Assembly (NCBI GenBank): GCA_951406725.2
Contig: OX597825.1
Location: 54,250,001 to 54,314,000, forward strand
Direction of reading: 5' to 3'
Origin: Octopus vulgaris
Taxonomy: Eukaryota
DNA length: 64,000 nt
Shown here: in pieces, positions 54,728 to 64,000 of the stretch
How positions within the stretch are numbered: position 1 is the stretch's first letter
How the letters are laid out: each line of letters starts with the position of its first letter
Made by a program: the position numbers and the translations under genes
The notes under the pieces: generated by a model
What the model saw: only the letters and a program-made list of their open reading frames with translations
Database searches by the model: none
Told to the model about the DNA's origin: nothing

Positions 54728-55216
54728 GTGTGTGTGTGTAAATATAATATTATATATACATGCGTACACACATACATACATATTTTCATCAAGCGCGTCA
54801 TATTGATAGATTGCATTTAATAATAGTGCTTTGATAAATTGTTGTTTAGATAACTAATTTACATATTAAATTAGTTGCTCATCACACGTTAGCTTACTTG
54901 TGTACACAGTAGAGGAGGTAGTCAGTCACCACACTGATTGCTTGCGCAGACAACCAACTCACTTGTCGCTTTAACTAAACATTAATCTATTTTCACTGCA
55001 CAGCCATTCTGACTTAGGCGTCTACTTGTATTTTTGTTGTTATTTGTGTGTGTGTATGTGTGTGTGTGTGTGTGTGCTTGGATGTGTGTATGTGCGTGTG
55101 TGCATAGTGTTTCAGCTTAGGGTGTGTGTGTGTGTTCAAATATGTGTATATGTCTATTCTTTTATTTTGCGTTTAGCTTTTATGTTCTCGTTGCCAATAT
55201 TGTCATTAGTTTTCAG

Positions 55217-55302
55217 ATTATTGAGTATCGTTGTGGTTATGTTAATAATCGTCGACGGCAGCCATGACAGTGATGATGGCAGCGTAGTTGGTGCTTTTCC
55301 GG
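55217..55302 (+). CDS. Candidate internal coding exon (hydrophobic, signal-peptide-like)
   Basis: Acceptor TTAGTTTTCAG| and consensus donor CGG|GTGAGT; 86 nt with open frame LLSIVVVMLIIVDGSHDSDDGSVVGAFP (phase 2 in, phase 1 out). No homology recognised. Confidence 0.4.
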
Positions 55303-55430
55303 GTGAGTGATTCATATATCGCTGTTCTCCACATAGAAGTTTTTCTTTGTACATTTCTCGTTTAATCCGATTAAATCCTATTATAGAACTTTATAAAATT
55401 ATCATTACTATTATTATTAGCATTACTTTA

Positions 55431-55627
55431 AGGTAGCGAGGTGGCAGAATCTTTAGCACGCCGGGCAAAATCTTTGTGACATTTCATAAGCATTTACCAT
55501 CTGAGTTCAATTTCCCCCGAGGTTGACTTTGCCTTTCATCCAGCTAAACACTGGGATCAGAATAATCGACTTATCTCCTTCCCTAAGTTTGCTGACCTAA
55601 TATCAAAATCTGAAACCATTACTATTA
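55431..55627 (+). mobile_element. Family B SINE
   Basis: AGGTAGCGAGGTGGCAGAATC head and CGAGGTTGACTTTGCCTTTCATCC core. Confidence 0.8.
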
Positions 55628-55641
55628 GCTCTCACTCCGAG

Positions 55642-55681
55642 TACTACTACTACTTCTACTACTACTACTAATACCACCACC

Positions 55682-55752
<71 letters not shown>

Positions 55753-55789
55753 CATCACCACTACTGCTACTACTACTACTACTACTACT
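55642..55789. repeat. (CTA)n/(CCA)n microsatellite
   Basis: Direct tandem repeat. Confidence 0.95.
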
Positions 55790-55980
55790 GCCGTTCCGCT
55801 GTGTACGGTTTCGTTTCAGTAAACCTCGATAGAAAATATATTTTGCAAACTTTCATATATTTTGCAGATTTGCAGTTCTTATCAAAGAAGGAAAATAAAA
55901 TTCTTTTTCTCCTTGAGTGAACCGATATAGGAAAAAATAGTATCATTTGAACAGATACATTGATAGGGATATAATACATC

Positions 55981-56225
55981 CTTTATATTTTACTTGTTTG
56001 AGTCATCGCACTGCAACCATGCTGAGGCACTGCCTTGAAGAACTTTTGGTCGAATGCGTAAACCCTCGAACCTCGCTTTTAAGCTCGCTTCTTATTTTAT
56101 CGTCATCCTCTACGGAACCGCTACGTTACGGGGACGTAAACATTTCAATACCGGTTTTCAGGTGGTAGTGAACGACAAACACAGACACACACGGATATAT
56201 ATATACACACACACACACATATATA
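55981..56225 (-). mobile_element. Family A SINE, 3' half (head part at ~56695-56830)
   Basis: TTTTACTTGTTTGAGTCAT..GAACCGCTACGTTACGGGGACGTAAAC; head remnant AGTGGGACTGAACCCGGAACCATGTG at ~56772. Confidence 0.7.
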
Positions 56226-56438
56226 TATGTGTCGAAAGTAAAAATATTTGATAACACCTGCGTTAACTCCATTTTTTTATTCATATTATTCAAAATATTC
56301 AACGTAAACACGAAGTTTCTACCTTTATAAACAAGGAGTTACAACACCTTTACTTGTGAGATTTTTGCTGCCCTGGTAACTATTTATTTATTTTTTCCGT
56401 GTTAATTGTTAACAAGGTAAAAATACACTCATCTATTT

Positions 56439-56486
<48 letters not shown>

Positions 56487-57849
56487 TAATTGAAGTGTAC
56501 AGTATACATGCCCTGATCTTATCTATTGATTTCGCACTATTAATTCAATGGAGTGTCAGTTAGTACTCCGATCTTCAATTCCGCAAGCTTGCGCTCATCA
56601 GAAGTTGAGGTTATTTATATATGTGTGCGTATGTGTGTGTATGTGTGTGTGTATATATGTGTGTGTGCACGTGTGTGTGTGCGTGTATGTGTACATGACG
56701 TCCTTCTTTCAGTCTCCCTTTACCAAATACACTTTGGTTTGGTAGGCCCGAAGTTACAGAAGCTACCACTTAGTGGGACTGAACCCGGAACCATGTGTTT
56801 TTGGAAGTAAAGTTCTTACCCCATAACGACGTATTCACCTATTCAACCGTTTAAAGACTGTTCACGACTTCTGATCTGAAGTATGTGCACACCTTTTGGC
56901 AGATGGACTTTTTAGGTGTGTCAGAGAGGTGTGGTCGATTCAGTGGATGTATCAGTAAAGTGAACAAACTTGCTTGCAATAAATTTTAAATGAAAAACAA
57001 ATAAAAGAAAACAGATACAGTTGTTGTATCTGAACCTGATTCACTTGTACAATGAGAGACACGTGAAATAATAGTTCGATGTTCGATGTATGGAAATATA
57101 AATACACCGTCCATTATGGAAAGGCATGGGTGTTTGATAATTGAAACTGAGATCGAAGACAAGAGTAAAGTGAAACTGCTGCCCTACTTAAATAAGTTAG
57201 AGGAACAGAAAACCGACACGTGATGGAATTTGTTGTGTCGTCACCTTTCTGTAACTGTCGACCTATGATTAACAATGCGTTGACACCATTATTCGCGTTC
57301 ATTCTGTTGGACATCTATGGCCCCTGATGACCAAAATGTGCAGAAAGAGTAGATACAATGAATCAGGTGGGAAACTTACGGCGGAAATTACACTTCCAAC
57401 ATGTTTCAAATTTAAAACCCATTGCTCAGAGAAGGATAGGTAAAAGAGTGAAGCAAATTGCAATAGTTACACCAACAACAATAGGTGAAAGACCACCAAG
57501 AGAAGAACAAGGCTGATTTCGAACACCTCAAGCACCAGTGAAGAAGCATATAAAGTCACCAGAAGCTGAGTGGTAAAGATTTTTGCACTCGATTGACCAA
57601 AGCACTGCGGTGATATTGAGGAGCTGGAATTTGGAGAGGAGCAAGACACTTTCAGGTACAGTAAAAAAAAATAAAGTACAAAATGAAAAAGAATGACACC
57701 AAATGGAAGGCAATTACAAGTCTGGATATAACTGTGAATTGGTTGAATCTTCAGGACGTCGGATCTTGACGAGTTTGATCGCCCATTAGAGATACAACAT
57801 TATCCTCACCACCACAACCACCATCATCATCATCATTATCATGTCCTGG

Positions 57850-58230
57850 TGTTTCACAGAACTAGCGTAGTATCCTACAATCCGTAGTATAGGACGAGGA
57901 GCATTTTATCCTTGCTATATAATTTTTTCCTGATCTTCATATCTTGTCTTACCTTAAATCGAAGAATTTGCAGACGAAGCTATTATACAGGTTTTCTGCA
58001 TTACATTTACTTCCAGATTATGATAAGATTTCCCCACTCGGAATATTTCCTCAGGGCCCCACTAATAATAGGCAGTGTTGTGATCGTAACTTCTTAGCTA
58101 CAACAATTAGAGATTCCGTATGTCAAGATGGTATAATACTCTACGTATACTATTTCCCACACTGTAATTCTTGTAGCAAAAATGACCTTCCACTTCGATT
58201 ACAGTACATGCTTCCATCTCCTATCTATGT
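57850..58230 (-). mobile_element. Highly degenerate R4/NeSL-like LINE 3' relic
   Basis: Minus-strand fragments ACTVIEV, DIRNL*LL, ITTLPIISGAL and VMQKTCII resemble RLE-clade ORF ends. Confidence 0.45.
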
Positions 58231-58399
58231 CTTCAATACCCGGGCTGTTGCGTTCTTTTCTTTTTTGGTTTGTATAAGAAAGTACAAACCTAGTTACATC
58301 GGTTGAGTTAGCTTGAATCTCTATTCCCACAGAATGCTTATCGCTGGTTTTTATAGATGAAAAACAATTCTGTTTTGCAAATTTTGAAAACTTGCAGTT

Positions 58400-58620
58400 A
58401 TCACCATCATCTTCGTCCTCGTTGCCATCATCATCATTGTCATCAATATCATCATAATTTATCACCATCAGCATCACCATCATTGTCGTCGGCTTCATTC
58501 TCATCGTTGTCGTCATCGTCGTCGTATAAGTTGTTATTATTATTGTTGATGTTGTTGTTGTTATTGTCATTGTTATTGTTGTTATTGCTATTATTATTAA
58601 TATTGCTATTTGTTGATGTA
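58400..58620. repeat. Degenerate (CAT)n/(TTG)n trinucleotide tract
   Basis: Direct repeats. Confidence 0.8.
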
Positions 58621-59165
58621 ATCGCATCTTTGCTTCATACATTTTCTATATTCTTTTATAGATTTTTAATCCTAATCTCTTTACGTATTTTTAATTAGAT
58701 TTTTTATAGCATTTAATACTCTCTACTTCTCTTTAATATCATTTCCTTTTTGCATGTTTCATCTTTTTTCTTTCTTTCTCTTTGCTTTTCATTTTCATTT
58801 TACAAGCAACAATTGCATTTTCTGTAAGAATTTGGAAAGATCTTATCGCAAAACTTACCAACGTTTTATTGACATATATTTTCGCAGTTTTTGTAGCAAT
58901 AATGTAAACATATTTAGCAGACGTAGTTCTTTAGATTTGTAAATTTTCTTACATTTTCATCGAGAATATGGCTACGTGAAGGAGGTGGTGAGAAAAGGAG
59001 ATGCAGAATGGGAGATGGAAAGAGAGTAAAGGAAAGAGGAGGAGGTGGGGGAGGAGGACAATGGAAATAGCATAAACTGTACTTAGATATGTGTCTCTAA
59101 TATATGCTTTGGTATATGTATGTATAAATTAATATATATACATACATATATATATATATATATAC

Positions 59166-59230
<65 letters not shown>

Positions 59231-59359
59231 TATACATATGCAAGCAGATATATCAGATATATATGCATATACATATATATGTATACATGTATATATATAT
59301 ATACATACATAGCCAGACAGACAAAGATAGATAGATATATACATACATACATACATTAG

Positions 59360-59409
<50 letters not shown>

Positions 59410-59934
59410 TCTCAGGATTACGTGCATACTTTTCCACATATTCATATATGTGTTGGTGTTGGTATGTAAATATGTATATAGTCATAAATGTATGTATGTA
59501 TTTATGTATGATTACATCAATGTATATATCAAGAAGAAACCCAATTCTAATGTGTGTATGTGGACATATGCGAGTGCAAACATTATTTGTGTCATATATA
59601 TGTATGAACACGCGCATTTTTATGCATATGAGCATTTCTCCAGGTACACAAGCATATTAGATTAGAAGGTATGTCATATGCATATATTTGTGTGTGTAAG
59701 TGTGTGTGTGTACATATATATATACATACAAATATGCACACATCACACGCAAAAACACACACACATGTACATATACATATATGTAGTTACATTATGTAGG
59801 TATGTATTTAATATGAAACTGAAGTCAAGAAAAAGTGAGCTAACTGACATCACATTTTTTATCTGAGATTATTCACTGCAATCTATATTAGAGCCAAGTT
59901 AATATACTTTTATACATATATTCATTCTAATTAT

Positions 59935-59935
<1 letters not shown>

Positions 59936-59973
<38 letters not shown>

Positions 59974-60007
59974 CAGCAGCAGTAGTAGTAGTAGTAGTAG
60001 TAGTAGT

Positions 60008-60045
<38 letters not shown>

Positions 60046-60064
60046 CAACAGTAGTAGTAGTAAC

Positions 60065-60118
<54 letters not shown>

Positions 60119-60160
60119 TGTTTTTGTTGTAGTAGTAGTTGTTTTTGTTGTAGTAGTAGT
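59936..60160. repeat. (TAG)n/(CAG)n microsatellite
   Basis: Direct tandem repeat. Confidence 0.95.
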
Positions 60161-60166
60161 TGGTCG

Positions 60167-60432
<266 letters not shown>

Positions 60433-60900
60433 CGTTTTAAGCCCTTGAGGCTAATAAAAGAATGAATTATTATCATTAAGGTTTTTGTTTTTATTGTGGT
60501 TCTTCTTATTGCTGTTGTTGTCGTTATCATCGACGCTACCATCATCACCGTCATTATAATCATCTTTGTTGATAATATTGATATCATATTATCTCACAAG
60601 ATCTAAAGCACAAATTTATAAACCAAAACTACATATATGCCATTACATCTCCCTGTATCTACCCTTTTTCCGCTCTTTCTCTCACTCTCTTCCTCTCTCT
60701 AGTTTCTCTTTCTGTCTCTGTTTCCCGCTCTCGGTTTCTCTCTTTTATTCTCTCTCAATCTCTCACAATCTATCGCTATCTCTTTGTGTGCACATAATTC
60801 AAACAGGAACAATAAATTACGAAACAAATGAAACAAAAAAAACCCATCTTTCTCCGATATTTCATGCTTTTCTTTTATAAATATAATATAACAGCATCAG

Positions 60901-60901
60901 C

Positions 60902-60966
<65 letters not shown>

Positions 60967-61050
60967 GAAAATAATAATAATGATAATAATAAAATAATAA
61001 TAATAATAATAAAATAATAATAATGAAAATAATAATAAGAAGAAGAAGAA

Positions 61051-61128
<78 letters not shown>
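60901..61128. repeat. (AAT)n microsatellite
   Basis: Direct tandem repeat. Confidence 0.95.
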
Positions 61129-61129
<1 letters not shown>

Positions 61130-61636
61130 TTATTATAGCTGCATTAGTTTAAGAGACAATTACAAGACTTCCACATGAAACCTCATTTGGCAAATATTGT
61201 TGATTTTAATGGCGGTTTTTCTTGTATTCTATTTTATATTCTTCTTTCATCTTCATACACATAGGAATTAGCATTTTTTTCCGTTCTTTTCTCTTTCACT
61301 CATTCTTTTACTCTTTTTTTTTCTGGCGTTGTTTCTTTCTCTTCTCCATGTTTTGTTTTGAAATGTTTCAGTACATGTGTGAAGAAATTAAACGAATTTA
61401 AATAATTTTTTTCTTCTTATTGTTCTTTTTTTTGCGTTTTTCTTAATTGCATGTCATTTTGATTTTTCTTGTTATATTTTTTTATCTGCTATTTTAATTC
61501 TTATGAGAATATATATGCATATTGTTACTTTTAGTAACGTTATCATGCTGTCGTGCTTCAGTAAATGGAAAACAAAAGCAATTATATATATATACATCCA
61601 CAAACACACACACACACAGATACACACATATGTGCT

Positions 61637-61689
<53 letters not shown>

Positions 61690-61727
61690 GTACCAGTATA
61701 TACATATATACGTATCACTATATATAG

Positions 61728-61776
<49 letters not shown>

Positions 61777-61974
61777 TATATAAATGTGTATATTTGTGCA
61801 TACATATGCAAGTATATGTTAGTATATCCATGTCTTGGACTATATCCCTATTATCAATCTATCTATCGTTGTATATTATAAATATATATATTTATAAATG
61901 CATATGGTGTACACTGACTTCTTGCTGCAATTCTCATTACACACACATATACGCACACACACATACACACGCAC

Positions 61975-62015
<41 letters not shown>

Positions 62016-62270
62016 AATGTTCGTCAAATATGCCATCAATTTTTTAAGAAAGCATATTTATCGATTACATATTAACATCATGATTTCCAGTATCATGCTT
62101 TCATTTGTGTTGTTTTTTCCTTAATTTGTTAATCACGTACATATACGCCCACACACATAAACAGATCACTACATACTGGTACGTAAACACGCACACGTTT
62201 TCAATATATGTGTGTGTGTATAGCAATATGTATACACATACATGTCCTTCTACATTCAAAAATATACATA

Positions 62271-62373
<103 letters not shown>

Positions 62374-62624
62374 GTATGTATATATATTCATATGTGCGTA
62401 CATTTTTATCTATAATCGTGTAATGCCGGGCATGTTAATCTAAGTCAATGAGAGTGTGTTAAAATAACGTGAAAAAATTAAGAGCAACAGACATTTTTAT
62501 CCAGTTTGGGAAATTATATATATTTTATAATAGATTGCCATCATTATGAACAAGTAAACAACATAATAATAATCTTAATACTCATTATACGCGTAATACT
62601 AACAGTAGTTATAATAATAACAAT

Positions 62625-62840
<216 letters not shown>

Positions 62841-62949
62841 TTTAATAAATCTTTCAAATTTAATTTCAAGGCCACCAATTTTGGATTAGGGGTATGTCAA
62901 TTACATGACTGGTACTTCATTTCCGCGAACTATTATCATTATTGACCCA

Positions 62950-63172
62950 GGTGCTGAGCTGCCAGAGTCGTTGTCCCTCCGGGAAAAATCCTTAGCGACA
63001 TTTTGTCCGTCTTTGCGTTCTGAATTCAAACTCCGCAGCTGTCGACTTTGTCTTTCATTCTTTCGGGGTCGATAAACTAAGTACCATTTGAGTACTGAGA
63101 TCGATGTAATCGACTGATCACCTGCCCCAAATTTCAGGCTTTGTGCCTATAGTAGAAAGTATTATCATCATT
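62950..63172 (+). mobile_element. Family B SINE
   Basis: GGTGCTGAGCTGCCAGAGTCG head and GTCGACTTTGTCTTTCATTCTTTCGGGGTCGATAAA core. Confidence 0.85.
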
Positions 63173-63174
63173 AT

Positions 63175-63390
63175 TGATGTCATGCTATTTTGTTTTTGGA
63201 TTTGGTTTGCAAGAGTCTTTATGGGAGTTCATGTGTTGAAGCATATGTTATTGTGTCTGGGTAGAGTCATCCTCTTTTAGTGCCTTATTACTTAACACAC
63301 ACACCGGTAAAGTTTCCACTCATTTACCTATTTATTTTTCTTATAAATTTCGTTGCGTCTTGCAACCTTTTCAATAGTCGTTGACTCTGT
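63175..63390 (-). mobile_element. Possible Penelope-like terminal repeat
   Basis: Minus-strand hairpin plus GAAA (GACTATTGAAAAGGTTGCAAGACGCAACGAAA); resembles a recurrent octopus repeat (recall only). Confidence 0.35.
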
Positions 63391-64000
63391 CCGGTTTCCG
63401 AGCTGCGTTCTTTTTACTTGTTTCTGCGCATGTATGTGGGTCAGTGTGTGTGCGGATACACGTTTATGTATGTATGCACGCATGTAAGTGTGTGTATGCA
63501 TGCCTGTACGCATGTATGTATGTGTGTGTGTGTGCGTATATATTTATGTATGTATGTGTGTGCGTTTGTATTTATATATTCTGTATATTTATGCGTTTGT
63601 GTGTTCGTGTTTCTGTGATTTTATGTGTGTGTAACTTTGTCTCCTTGTGTGTGCATGTCTGAATGTATCCGTGTCCGTGTATGTATGGGGGGGTGACTAT
63701 GTACTGTGTTTGTATGTATGGATGTATATCTCCATATGTGTGGATGTGTGTCTCCATGTGTGTGAAGTGAAGTGTGTGTGTATTATTATAGAATTTATAT
63801 TTCCAACATCAAAAACAATGATAATGATACTATCCATCATAGTTCTATGCAGATATGTATTTGACGTATGTATTTACATTACTGAAATGATGTTGTATAC
63901 ATACAGATATATACATACTTGTGTGTGCGTGTTTTGTATGGGTAGGTGCTTTTGTGTGTGTACGTGCTTTTGTGTGTGTGTGCCTGTGTATATACACATA

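Overview
AT-rich, repeat-saturated eukaryotic intronic or intergenic DNA. No complete protein-coding gene is visible, and nearly all entries in the ORF track are translations of (TA)n, (CA)n, (CATA)n, (CTT)n, (TTA)n and (TAG)n microsatellites. The repeat inventory points to a coleoid cephalopod, most likely an octopus (inference from recalled repeat consensus, not a database result). It includes at least four tRNA-derived SINE families, several with clean target-site duplications; 3' relics of CR1-like, L1/Tx1-like, RTE and R4/Dong-like LINEs; a Penelope GIY-YIG relic; and four Tc1/mariner-superfamily relics. The most notable items are: (1) an isolated 28S rRNA 3' fragment with compensatory base changes; (2) a ~1.3-kb insertion bounded by 39-bp direct repeats, with a second copy ~6.3 kb upstream whose foldback arms are permuted; (3) two long foldback hairpins sharing a terminal motif; (4) hammerhead-like motifs at probable Penelope termini; (5) a pre-miRNA-sized hairpin; and (6) one candidate 86-nt exon encoding a signal-peptide-like segment. 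Boundaries of degenerate elements are approximate.
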